Shown: in pieces, positions 23,137 through 34,171 of the stretch
How the letters are laid out: each line of letters starts with the position of its first letter
Position numbering within the stretch: the stretch's first letter is position 1
DNA from: Leucoraja erinacea
Lineage: Eukaryota
NCBI RefSeq assembly: GCF_028641065.1
Contig: NC_073387.1
Span: forward strand, 21,948,001 to 22,012,000
Direction: 5' to 3'
DNA length: 64,000 nucleotides
Position numbers and translations under genes: made by a program
Notes under the pieces: generated by a model
What the model was told of the DNA's origin: nothing
Database searches by the model: none
What the model saw: only the letters and a program-made list of their open reading frames with translations

Positions 23137-25521
23137 TCAGCTTTGGGCTTGAGAGGTGGGAGCGTCGCGTGGCTTCAGGAAGAGAAAATCGCTTTTCGCT
23201 GACTCTGGAGACAGACAGACTGAGTATTGATTCAGTTCTGCCCCCCGGACTACCCGTCCCGTCCCAGGATAACACAATGTTTCCTCCATAGCTGGTCTTC
23301 CATTAAACGTGCCGTGCGAAACCCCATGATTGTAACAATAACTAGGGGTGTTATACTCTTGGATAATATTTCTGTCCTGTTTACACTTGATGACAATCAA
23401 CAGAATGATGATCAGAAGAAAGACCACGGAAGTGCAACTGAAAATGACGATTAAATAAACGTTTGGATCAGATAAATATTCTGGCGTCTTCACCAAGGTA
23501 CTGCTTTCGCTGATTCCTTCACTGCTGTTTCCCAAAACTCTAATGTTCATTGTAACTGTGCTGGACAGGCTTGGCTGCCCATTGTCCTTAACCAAGATGA
23601 CTAGAGTTTGTAAAGCAGTATCTGACTGGAAAATATTGCGCGCTGTTCTGACTTCTCCGGAACGTTGTCCAACGTTGTACAAACCGGGGTCGGTAGATTT
23701 CACTATCTGATAAAAGAGCCGTGCGTTCTGACCAGAATCTGCATCAGTTGCCATTATCTTGCTGACCAAGTACCCTTGACCCGCTGACCGGGGTACGGTA
23801 TCCACTGCCGCCGATTCACTCAGTTCTGAAGGTGAAATGATTACCGGCGCGTTGTCATTTTGATCCAGGATGATCACATTCACCGTGACGCTGCTGCTCA
23901 ACGGAGGCAGCCCGGCGTCACGGGCCTGTACATGGATCTGGAAGTTCTTGAGTTCCTCATAGTCAAAGAAACGCAGTGCGTAAATAGTACCGTTCATTGG
24001 ATTAATGGAGAGGTAAGTGGATACTGGCATGTTTTGGATATGATTATCGAGAAAGGAGTAGGAAAGGTAGGAATTTTGATCCAGATCGTGATCTGTTGCA
24101 GTTACTGTGAAAATGGATACACCCGGCGCGTTATTCTCCATTACATATACGTTGTAGAATGACTCCGCGAATTGCGGTGCGTTGTCATTTACGTCCGAAA
24201 TAGCAATCTGGATGGTCTTATTTGATGTTAGAGAAGGCGATCCCAAGTCCCAGGCTGAAATTACAATGTTATACTTAGAGATCGCCTCACGGTCCAACGT
24301 TTCACTGGTGACTAATTTATAGTGGTTCGATGTCTTTTGCAGTCGAAATGGGACGTTCTTTTGTATCTCGCAACGCACTTGGCCGTTAGCTGCGGAATCG
24401 CGATCGATCACATAAATCTGGGATATGAAACTTCCTGATGGAGTATTTTCCTGGATTGTGTTGGAAGCTGATGTTACCTTTACCTCGGGTGCGTTGTCGT
24501 TCACGTCAATGACTTTGATCAATATTTTGGAGTGTCCTGTCATTGCCGGGGAACCGTGGTCCTGGGCTCGAATATCGAGAGAATAGGTGTTTACTTCCTC
24601 AAAATCTAAAGGCCCTTGAACTCGAATCTCCCCAGTGCGTGGATCCAAACTGAATACATGTTGCACTGCTCGCAAAACAACATAATTGAAACGATATGTC
24701 AGCTCCGCATTCAGTCCTTCGTCCAAATCATTTGCTTGCACTTTCAGCACCAACGTACCCCGCGACGCATTCTCACTTACGCTGCTTCTGTAAATATCAT
24801 GGTCGAACACAGGTGGATTATCGTTCTGGTCGAATACCGTAATCAGAACCTGTGTCGTAGCTGATCTCTGAGGGGCCCCGCCGTCAAACGCAGTAAGCAT
24901 GAGTTGAAATGATGATTGCATCTCTCGGTCCAAAGATTTCTCTAACATCAATTCGGCAATTATAATACCGTCTTCGGATTTCTGTGTTTTTAGACTAAAG
25001 TGCTCATTGGAACTGATTGTATAGGCGGCCACGGTATTTGTACCAATGTCGGGATCATCCGCGCCCTCGAGTCGGAAACGTATCCCGGATACACTGGCTT
25101 CCGATATCTGCAAGGCAATGCTGCTTTGCGGAAAAGTGGGGGAATTGTCATTTACATCAATAATCTCCAATTCGCCGTCAGACACCTCAAACGGATTTTC
25201 CAGTATTGTTTCGAAACGTATAGTACATTGATCATTCTGCCCACAAATACGTTCCCGGTCGATTCTTTCACGAATGGACATGATTCCATTGTCCAAACTA
25301 ACCTTCATGTACCGCCCTCCGTCATCAGAGCTCAGCCGGAATTTGCGAGCTGACAATTGCCGTACATTCAGGCCCAAATCCACAGCGATATTCCCAACAA
25401 ATGCCCCTTGTTCCATTTCCTCGGGAATAGAATAACGAATTTGCCCGGAGATTAGTCCCGGTGCACAAATCGCAAATATGCAAGCAAACGCAGGGAAGGC
25501 AAACCTCGGTAGGTACGCCAT
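23137..25521 (-). CDS. Clustered protocadherin (gamma-C5-like), unit 4, 794 aa
   Basis: Intact ORF with signal peptide, EC1-6, TM and tail ending SDFLFLKPRDAPTSQAQS. Confidence 0.95.
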   Translation of the reverse strand: MAYLPRFAFPAFACIFAICAPGLISGQIRYSIPEEMEQGAFVGNIAVDLGLNVRQLSARKFRLSSDDGGRYMKVSLDNGIMSIRERIDRERICGQNDQCTIRFETILENPFEVSDGELEIIDVNDNSPTFPQSSIALQISEASVSGIRFRLEGADDPDIGTNTVAAYTISSNEHFSLKTQKSEDGIIIAELMLEKSLDREMQSSFQLMLTAFDGGAPQRSATTQVLITVFDQNDNPPVFDHDIYRSSVSENASRGTLVLKVQANDLDEGLNAELTYRFNYVVLRAVQHVFSLDPRTGEIRVQGPLDFEEVNTYSLDIRAQDHGSPAMTGHSKILIKVIDVNDNAPEVKVTSASNTIQENTPSGSFISQIYVIDRDSAANGQVRCEIQKNVPFRLQKTSNHYKLVTSETLDREAISKYNIVISAWDLGSPSLTSNKTIQIAISDVNDNAPQFAESFYNVYVMENNAPGVSIFTVTATDHDLDQNSYLSYSFLDNHIQNMPVSTYLSINPMNGTIYALRFFDYEELKNFQIHVQARDAGLPPLSSSVTVNVIILDQNDNAPVIISPSELSESAAVDTVPRSAGQGYLVSKIMATDADSGQNARLFYQIVKSTDPGLYNVGQRSGEVRTARNIFQSDTALQTLVILVKDNGQPSLSSTVTMNIRVLGNSSEGISESSTLVKTPEYLSDPNVYLIVIFSCTSVVFLLIIILLIVIKCKQDRNIIQEYNTPSYCYNHGVSHGTFNGRPAMEETLCYPGTGRVVRGAELNQYSVCLSPESAKSDFLFLKPRDAPTSQAQS

Positions 25522-25750
25522 GTTCCGTGATCAGTCAAAGTCCAACTCTAGGTCTTTCTCCGTGTAAATAGTCCAAGCACAATAAAATAACTCATATATA
25601 TTCCCACTACCGAATCGAAACAGATGGTATATCTATCCTCCTCAGCCTTTTTCGGCAATCGAAACGCAGGCACTCGCATTTCTCGTCGCGTCTGACGTCT
25701 TTATTCGGGGATGTGGGCGGGACAATGGATCCATCTGTGTACTTGAGCTT

Positions 25751-25774
25751 TTCATTGGTAGACAGCGACACGAC
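25751..25774 (-). promoter_or_regulatory. Protocadherin promoter CSE (CGCT box)
   Basis: TTCATTGGTAGACAGCGACACGAC on the plus strand, about 240 bp upstream of ATG 25521. Confidence 0.85.
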
Positions 25775-27383
25775 CAGTTCTTTTGCACAACTACAGCTAC
25801 AATTCTTAAAGCTGTACTGCTCTCCTACACATTTGATGGGATACAACCATAAAACGCCCTCTTTGAAAATAAATTTGAAGAATGTTTTTTTTTTTCATTT
25901 AACGTCGAAAATCACATCAGGCACGTCGGAAGAGGGTTATCCCCAGAACGTAAACATGTTTTTTCAGTACAGTCAAAATTCCACAACGAATAAATAAATG
26001 GCATCGTTATTTTTATGATGCAACATACCATATCGGATATGCAGTATTTGCTTACACATGTTTGACCCCTTACAATCACACCTTAGGGTAGTAAGAAAAT
26101 ATAAGAAGATAGCACAAAAAGCTAGAGTTTAACTCACCGGGACGGGCAGCATCTCTGTTCATATAACGACTACATAATTTCCCTTCTTTGATAAGATTAT
26201 TTCATTAGCACTTTCCAAATTTTGGAGAAGGTGTTCGTGAAAATAATACTTTCAATTGACCAATTGTTGAACCAACTTCCTCTTTAAAGTTATTGCTCGA
26301 GGAATGCATCGTCACGTCCAATACAAGCCGAGTTTATTGACCTGTGCATGCATAGGACGCAGAGGTACGGCTGCAATGTAAATCTTGCATGCAGCAGCTT
26401 AACAAGCACATAACTTGCTTGTTGTTGGAAACATCCATGGAAATTTTGTGATTTTTTGAATTCTTATTTAACATGAGATTTTATTTTTCTTTTTTTCGTG
26501 ATTGGTTGTGTTACTGCAATTTGCAACTAAATTACTGAATTGCCCATTAATCTGCAGATTTGTTCTCATTTTTTTGCCAATCCTCATTTTTACAATAGAC
26601 GACGTCGCTTTGCATTTTCATTCCGCATCAGGATGACATCAGGGCATTCTCGTTCATCTACAAATGGAGACTCAGCCAGTTCTCCTCAACCTGTGGTATC
26701 ATCCACAAGAAACAACTGCGAAAAATCCCCTCCTCACCTGGATCCAACTACCACTTGATACTGTTTGCTCTAAGCCTTCTCTATGCAGAACGGACCTCTC
26801 CACCAATCATGACGGGCTCGACACCAAACGTAATCTGTCTGTTTCTCTCCACAGGTGCTGCCAGACTCTCTGAGTTCCTCCAGCCAGTCGTCCTCACAAT
26901 GTCAGCATCAGGCATGAGTTGTGTTGCAAAAAAATGGGCTTAATTATTTCCTTCGCCTGTTGATTATTATATGTATATTTTGTGGCACGATCTATCAACA
27001 ATTCTTCTAGAATACATGGGTACCCAATCATTAAACTCTTCAACGCAACTTCCGTACATTAGTACTTTCGTCCACGTAAATGGATCCAGGTACCCAAACT
27101 GTTACGCAATAGGTTAAATGGCAACGCGTTTGTGCGCATTATCCAGTGACAAACAGAAGGACTGTCTTCAGAAATAAAACGTGCAATTTCAAGATGTTTT
27201 CATTCCAGTTGCGGGACATTTTACTTTTTCAATTACAACCGTACTCCCATTTAAGCGATAGTGAAAAACGTGCAACAAGGGTAAGTTTTCTAAATATTTC
27301 ACTCGCACTGATTCGCATGCCCCGGCAGAAATAAAATGGCCGCATACAAAATTGGCATTCATCAATCTACGTATCAGCGTAAT

Positions 27384-27996
27384 TTAACACTGACCTTGAG
27401 AGGTGGCAGCACCACATGGCTTCAGTAAGAGAAAAATCGTTTTTCGCTGACTGGAGACAGACTTACCGAGTATTGATTCAGATCTGGCCCGCGGACTGCC
27501 CGCTCTGTCCAAGGATAGGGTAACATTTCCTTCATCGCAGATCTTCCATTAAACGTGCCGTGCGAAACCCCACGATTGTAACAGTAACTGGGGGCGTAAT
27601 ACTCTTGGATAATATTTCTGTCCTGTTTACACTTGAAGCCAATCAATAGAATGATGATCAGAAGGCAGACCACGAAAGTGCAACGGATAATGACAATTAA
27701 ATAACCGTTTAGATCTGAGAAATATTCTTAATTCATCACCAAGGTACTTCTTTCGCTGATCCCTTCAGTGCTGTTTTCCAAAACTAATGTACATTGTAAA
27801 TGTGCTGGACAGGCTTGGCTGTCCATTGTCCTTAAGCAAGATGACTAGAGTTTGTAAAGCTGTACCTGACTGCAAAATATTGCGCGCTGTTCTGACTTCT
27901 CCAGAATGTTGTCCAACGTTGTACAAACCGGGGTCGGCTGATTTCATAATCTGATAAAGGAGACGTGCGTTCTGACCAGAATCTGCATCAATTGCC
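27384..27996 (-). pseudogene. 5'-deleted protocadherin pseudogene (EC6 part, TM, tail), unit 5
   Basis: Frameshifted remnants DADSGQNAR, LYNVGQHSGEVRTARNILQ, LLKDNGQPSLSS and LLIIILLIGFKCKQDRN. At 27997 it joins directly to upstream-spacer sequence homologous to 26158 onward. No CSE. Confidence 0.9.
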
Positions 27997-30900
27997 CTTC
28001 ATATCACGACTACATAATTTTCCCTTCTTTGATAAGAGTATTTCATTATCGCTTTCCAAATTTTGGAGAAGGTGTTCGTGAACATAATGCTTTCAATTGG
28101 CCAATTGTTCAACCGACTCCCTGTTTAATGGAAGTGATGTTTGGAGAGAGGCATCCTCACGTCCAAGTCAAGCCAAGTTTATCGACACGTACCTGCATAT
28201 GAAGCAGAGGCAATGCTGCAATGTAAATCTTGCTTGCAGCAGCTTTGCAAGCGCATGACACAGCAGACTCCGACAGATGTTTTGGGAACATAGAAAATAG
28301 ATGTCGGTGTGAAGTTTGGCGCGAAAAATTTGTGAATTTTTGAATTCTTATTTAACTTAGGATTCTCAGTTTCGTTTTTTCTTTTTTCTTAATTTGTTTT
28401 ATTACCGCAATTTGCAATGAAATGACTGGATTACCCATTAATCCGCAGATATTTTGTTCATTGAAAATACTCCCTAGTTAACATTAATCTCGTGGTACCA
28501 CACTTAGCGTGTAAACAAGTATTTTTAGTGAACGTTAACAAGGTGGCCCAAAGTACGTGTAATGTGGTTAGAGAATTGAAGTTTAATTTCTGCTCCTCGA
28601 GTTTGCAGTGGATGTTCAACGTCATGCACGATCCCGGCAAAATTTGAATGGGACAAGTTTTTCATGACGTAGAGGATAGAATCTCTTATCAAACTAAATG
28701 GTAATGTTCTCCATTGGTTGAAAATGTTCTGGAGATTTCTGATGCCACACTTGGTTTATTGGATATCAATTCCATATCATTCTCAAGTTAGCGCTGGGTT
28801 TCACCTTTTATATTCCATAACCACACACAAGTTTTACAATGACTGAACCACGCGCTCCCCGATCAAATCAAACTGCAATAAAATTCAATCATCCGAATAA
28901 TTGTAATAAAATCTGCAAATTAAAACGCAAACATCACGAAAAACTACAGGTGAGATGATGGATAATTCCTTCCACCAACGAGGAAGCATGCTGTTTTCGC
29001 AATTCAGCAATTAACTGATAAGCAGTCAAAAGCGCATCGATTCAGATATCATCCGTGGAAAGCAATGCAATCAACATTTCGGGGCTTGGCTGCTTTATCT
29101 GAACGATGAATTATTTAAAAGAGTTCATTTTTCAGTAAGTTTAATGATGGGAAGTAAAGGAGACAAAAAAGGAAAGAGGCTGATAGGACAAATTATGCTT
29201 CGTTGTTTCTGTGGTGTATGGCTAATAGCAAGGGAATGGGACGTGTTCAGGTTATTGAACAGACGGGGATTCCGTCTGAAATAAATTTGTTCTTTAAAAC
29301 TGTGAACAGTGGTGGACAGGGTCTCACCGAAGGCATATAGCACGGTTGTGTCCCTCAGCAGCGGTACTGAATGTAAGAGTCGAGGTGTAATATCTTTGAA
29401 TAAAACATTGGTTAGGCTAGATTTGAATTATTGTGTGCACATCTGGCATGCACAATATATAAGTTGTTGGGTTAAGTCGGATAGGTAGCAGGCCACACTG
29501 CAAAGAACGTTGCCAGGATGGGCAGGTTTACGTCATGAGGGGAGATTGTATAGGCTAGAACTGCATTCCCTGGAGTGAACATTGCTGAGCGGTGCCATGA
29601 CACAATCACGAGCGAGAGAGACAGAGTAGATTCCCACAGCCATTTCCAATGGTAGGGCGCTCCAAGACTAGAACATAAGTTTTAGGATCAGAGGGAGTAC
29701 TTTTAAAGTCGACCGGATAGCTATTAATTTCAGAAATACGGAATACGGCAGGTGGATTGAGATGTCAGTTTATGTGACGGAGACGGGAACAGTTAAATAT
29801 GTAAAAGGTACATAATGGGAATGTGACTATGTAGGGAATTGATGGACATGGAGTTAATGCTCGGGTGGAATTAGTACAGATAAACGTGATGGTCATCGTA
29901 GATGCGATGTAACGAATGGTTTGTTTGTATGATCTACACCTCGGCAAACATGATGCAAAACTAAACTGGAATGATAACAGACATGAGTGGCGAGCTCAAG
30001 AAGGTTGCAACTTGTCCATTTGGAAGATGAATGCTGTTTCTTAAGCGTGCACGTTTGCTTTGCACTTGTTCCAACAATGTTGGAATTCAGAGGCAAAAAT
30101 AATAGATAGTGTGAAATTGTGAACGGAAGTGTTAAACAAACCTTCCTGATTGCTGGGCGTGTTGGCAGTACCTTACCCAGAACAAAAAAAAACACAATTT
30201 GAACCTCACGGTCCGATATTAGGGGACATGATCAATTTTAAACAAATCAGTTTAATCCCTGCAGACTGTACGCACGTGCTCTACAATGCAATGGCACAAT
30301 CTTCTTGCAGTGTTACCACATTGGGAAGACCAAATACTTACATTATATTGACAGAAAGGCAAGCAGATCACTATTTCACCGAGAAGAATTTCGGGTCCTG
30401 TATGGTGGAACTGGTAAAATAAACGAACGTTACACGTTTTCTGGTCAGATGACTACCATATAGCTCGATGAAAAAGTGTTACATTTGAACTGCTGAACAG
30501 ACAGGGAAGGGGGTATCTACTCAGTGACGGGATTATGTTTAAATTGAGGTAAATTGAATTAAATGTGAAAGTTGGTGAATGGAGGATTCAATAAGGAAAT
30601 GCTGTTCTTGTTCCATCCAGGAGAGCCAAGATGCTGAGAACCGATCCCTTCCCGATTGCTGGGCGTGTTAGCAGTACCTTACCCTGAACAAAAAAACACA
30701 ATTTGAACCACACGGTCCGATATTAGGGGACATGATCAATTTTGAAACACATAAATGAATAGTTAACATTATCTTTAAATATTACAATGTACGATATTTA
30801 ATTTAAAACACCGTGTTACACTAACGGGATACACATCTATGTAATAAGCGTGTTCGGTATTCCGTCTACGCATGCCCAGGTCATAGGTCACTAGTTATAA

Positions 30901-31112
30901 ACAGTCTCGGCAACGGTGGTGCTGCGTTGTGTGCAGGCTTGCGTTTCGTCCGTGGTCGGGGTCGGGGTGGGGGTCGAGGTGTGGGTGTTCTTTTTGCTGC
31001 TGGGGCGTCCTCGTCACATCCCCAGTGTCCCGTCCCTGTCCGTAGGTGGCCGGGGTGGCTTTGGGCTGGCTATGCGGGGATTCCGGCAGCCCTCCACCTC
31101 CACCCCCTCCCC

Positions 31113-31275
31113 TCAGTCTGACACCGAGATCCTGCTGAAGGTGGGCAGCCGCCGGCTGGATGAAGTGGCAGCGAGTACCGTAGGGGCAGAGCGCAGCTCG
31201 GCCAAGCCGTGGGCGAACTGGCACCATCCAGCCGCCGCTGGGCCCGTCCCCGTCCCCTCCCGAGTGTACCGTCCG
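31113..31275 (-). pseudogene. Internally deleted ZFP36/TIS11 (tristetraprolin family) gene fragment
   Basis: CQFAHGLAELRS (end of CCCH finger 1), CPYGTRCHFI (end of finger 2, shifted frame) and RRLPTFSRISVSD-stop (family C-terminal NOT1-binding motif), in the correct order within about 110 nt. Confidence 0.85.
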
Positions 31276-31482
31276 GGGGCCACCAGGTACGTCCGGGGCG
31301 GCGGGACAGGCAGAATCGAGCTGGGGCCGGCGCCTCCCCTCAGCTGGCTGCGGGCCTGGGTCAACACTCCCGCCCGCGGACCTGTGGATATAAGACCCTC
31401 CTTTAGACTTTCTACGCATTAGATTTTTGCGCCGTGGTTGGGATGGATGGGAGCGGGGATGTCCATGTGCGCAAGCAACAAA

Positions 31483-31877
31483 TGACTTAAAGTTTGCGTT
31501 GAGTGAACTGAGTGTTCTTAACGTTCTCCCGCTACACCGACGTTTTGTGAGTGGTTCGATCCCAGCTTCAGCTCAACAAACGTAGGTCACATTACCCGGA
31601 CAGGCGGCGGGGTAACTGGAGCAGACATGAGGCATCGGCGATGCTCTGGAATCCTAGTCGGCCGCCGCCAAGCATATGGGTCGAGGAGGCAGCGCCCGAC
31701 CCGGGGAGTAGAGGTGTCAGTTCTACCAGCGGCGAGCGGAGAGGCACCAGCTACCGCGGGCCGCTCACCTGTCGGGCGCTGACTCATCGATTCCGGGATC
31801 CAACCACTCTCACAAAACGGCGGTGTACGACAAGGACGGTAAGAACACTCAGTTCACTCAACGCAAACTTTAGGTCA
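31483..31877. mobile_element. MITE-like element with about 80-bp imperfect inverted ends
   Basis: 31483-31520 and 31840-31877 are reverse complements with 1 mismatch. Looser complementarity extends inward to 31563 and 31795. Confidence 0.7.
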
Positions 31878-32352
31878 GGTGTTCCTTGCGACCGCGGAAA
31901 TCTCCAGCGCGGTCGAGACGAGGTGGTTCTGAAGGTGCATTCTCTCGATTGAGGATCATTTTATCGACTCTCCTAGAAGCAGTGAGCCATTTCTTTACCA
32001 ATGGTTGTCTGTCTCGCTGAAATCTCTCTCCCCACCTCTCACAGTCTCCCCCTGTCTTCCACTCGCATTTACCTCTTCTCTCTCGCTGTTGCACCCCGCA
32101 CTCCCCACTGCCGCGCGTTTTTGTTTTAAACTCTCGGATGACCTTTGACAAATCCCACGATTCCTTGTGTTTTCGAAATACCGAACTGGCTTATTGCAGT
32201 CATTTTCTTAACCGTGTTATTCCCTCTATTGTAGATGATCTCCTTCACATTCGGAGCCGGAATGTGATGTATAAATTTAACACATCTGCAATTATTGGTG
32301 ATTGCTCGTGATTGAGAAAATGTCCTTTGGGGTCATGGAATGCCATTAACCC

Positions 32353-32984
32353 GGTTTCCTCATGCACCCGGGGGTGTCCTTTAGGGCCATGCAAAACAAT
32401 GCCTTGGTTTTTGTTGGTTTGCAGCATAAACGAAACTTAGTCTAGTACACTATGTGTTAACACAGCATAGATAGAGTTGATATGGAAAGGATGTTTCCAC
32501 TGGAGGTAGAGTTTTGTACCAGTGGTCATAGCCTCCGAGTTAAAGGGCGCTCTTTTAGAAAGGAGGCGAGGAGGAACTTCCTGAGTCAGACGGTAGTTAA
32601 TCTGGGCAACTCATTGCCACAGAGGGTTGTCAGTGGATATGTTTAAAACAGAGATAGATAAATTGTTGATTAGAACTATCTATCTCTGTTTTAAACATAT
32701 CCACTGACAACCCTCTGTGGCAATGAGTTGCCCAGATTAACTACCGTCTGACTCAGGAAGTTCCTCCTCGCCTCCTTTCTAAAAGAGCGCCCTTTAACTC
32801 GGAGGCTATGACCACTGGTACAAAACTCTACCTCCAGTGGAAACATCCTTTCCTTATCAACTCTATCTATGCTGTGTTAACACATAGTGTACTAGACTAA
32901 GTTTCGTTTATGCTGCAAACCAACAAAAACCAAGGCATTGTTTTGCATGGCCCTAAAGGACACCCCCGGGTGCATGAGGAAACC
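32353..32984. repeat. Near-perfect long inverted repeat (308-bp arms, 16-nt spacer)
   Basis: Arms 32353-32660 and 32677-32984, one mismatch seen (GATATGG vs CCTTATC). Spacer AATTGTTGATTAGAAC. Confidence 0.95.
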
Positions 32985-33097
32985 AGGTGGGGAGAAGTCA
33001 GGAAAATAGGATTAGGATGCAGAGATCAGCCATGATTGCATGTCGGGGGAGGCTCGATGGGCCGACTGGCCAAATTCTACCCCTATAACTTGTGAAC
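32468..33097 (+). mobile_element. CR1 LINE 3' fragment interrupted by the fold-back duplication
   Basis: CR1 3' sequence at 32468-32676 (atgtttccactgg..ggtcatagcctc..) resumes at about 32988 (ggggagaag..gatcagccatgatt..ctcgatgggccga). Confidence 0.75.
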
Positions 33098-33300
33098 CAA
33101 GCTGCTAATTGCCTTTACTTTCGCTCGTTTTCTCCTCCCTTTCACACGTAATACATTATTCCATTCATACGTGGTCCTCACCTGTTCCTTTACTTCCAAA
33201 CTAAAGTGGTATCAATTAGTCATCAGTGCCAAACTGCCCGTTTCTCACTTTTCCCCACGTGCAGCCCAACATGCTCAGTGTTTCCAGTCTCACAACACAT

Positions 33301-33341
<41 letters not shown>

Positions 33342-34014
33342 ACCACCACTTTAACAACTTGTACATTAATTGCAAATGCTGATTTTAACCATGGATAACG
33401 TCGCGTTGCCTTTCCTCTCCACATCAAGATGACGCAGGGGCTTTCCGATACATCCAAGAATGGTGATTCCGGCATTTTCTTCAACCCAGGCTATCCTCAC
33501 CAAAAATGAACTGCATAAAAAATCCCCTCCTCAACTGAATTCAAGCACCACTTGATACTGTTTGCTATAAGCATCCCCTCGTCTATTTCTACCAACAATG
33601 TTCTTCTCCTGAAGGCACGAAGGGCTCGACACCAACCGCCATGTGCCTCTCCGCCCCCCCCCCCCACTCAGATCATTGAGTTCTTCTAGTCAGTAGTGCT
33701 CACAATCTCAGCATCTGCCATCAATTCCCTTTCAGTTATAGGAGCTTAATTATTTCCTTCAACTGTTGATTATTGTTATATGTATTTTTTGTACCACGAA
33801 CTAACAACAATTCTTATAGAACGCGTGGGTACGCAATCAGAATATTCTTCGCCGCAACTTCCCCTTATTAATACGTAGTGGATCCAGATATCCAGACACT
33901 TTGCGTAATAAACTAAATGGCAACAAGTTTATGTACATTATCCAGTGACAGAATGACTGCCTTCAGAAATAAAATATGCAATTTCAAAATGGTTTCATTC
34001 CCATCTCAGGAATT

Positions 34015-34020
34015 TTTATT
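34015..34020 (-). terminator. Candidate AATAAA for unit 6
   Basis: About 152 nt downstream of the stop at 34172. Confidence 0.4.
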
Positions 34021-34171
34021 TTTGACAATTGTACTCCAATTTAAGCAAAAGAGAAAAAACGCAAGAAGGGAATGTTTTCTTCAAATTTCATTCGCATTGA
34101 TTCACATTACGGGGCAGAAAGGAAATGGCCGCATAAGAATAGGCATTCCTTAATATACGTATCAGCGTAAT

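Larger units (their letters stand above)
30840..32198. mobile_element. Putative non-autonomous DNA transposon bounded by imperfect 25-bp TIRs, with GC-rich cargo
   Basis: TGTAATAAGCGTGTTCGGTATTCCG (30840-30864) vs CGAAATACCGAACTGGCTTATTGCA (32174-32198), 21/25 complementary. A further copy of the left end lies inverted at 41752-41793. No TSD recognised. Confidence 0.55.

Noticed and set aside
30895-31952. Longer ORFs across the GC-rich island (174, 168 and 133 aa)
   Set aside because: Expected from stop-codon scarcity in GC-rich DNA. Only the ZFP36 motifs are recognisable.
33302-33341. Poly-C/poly-G runs (also 4973-4995 and 41018-41044) and the poly-Pro/poly-Gly ORFs they create
   Set aside because: Simple homopolymers of unreliable length with no coding evidence.
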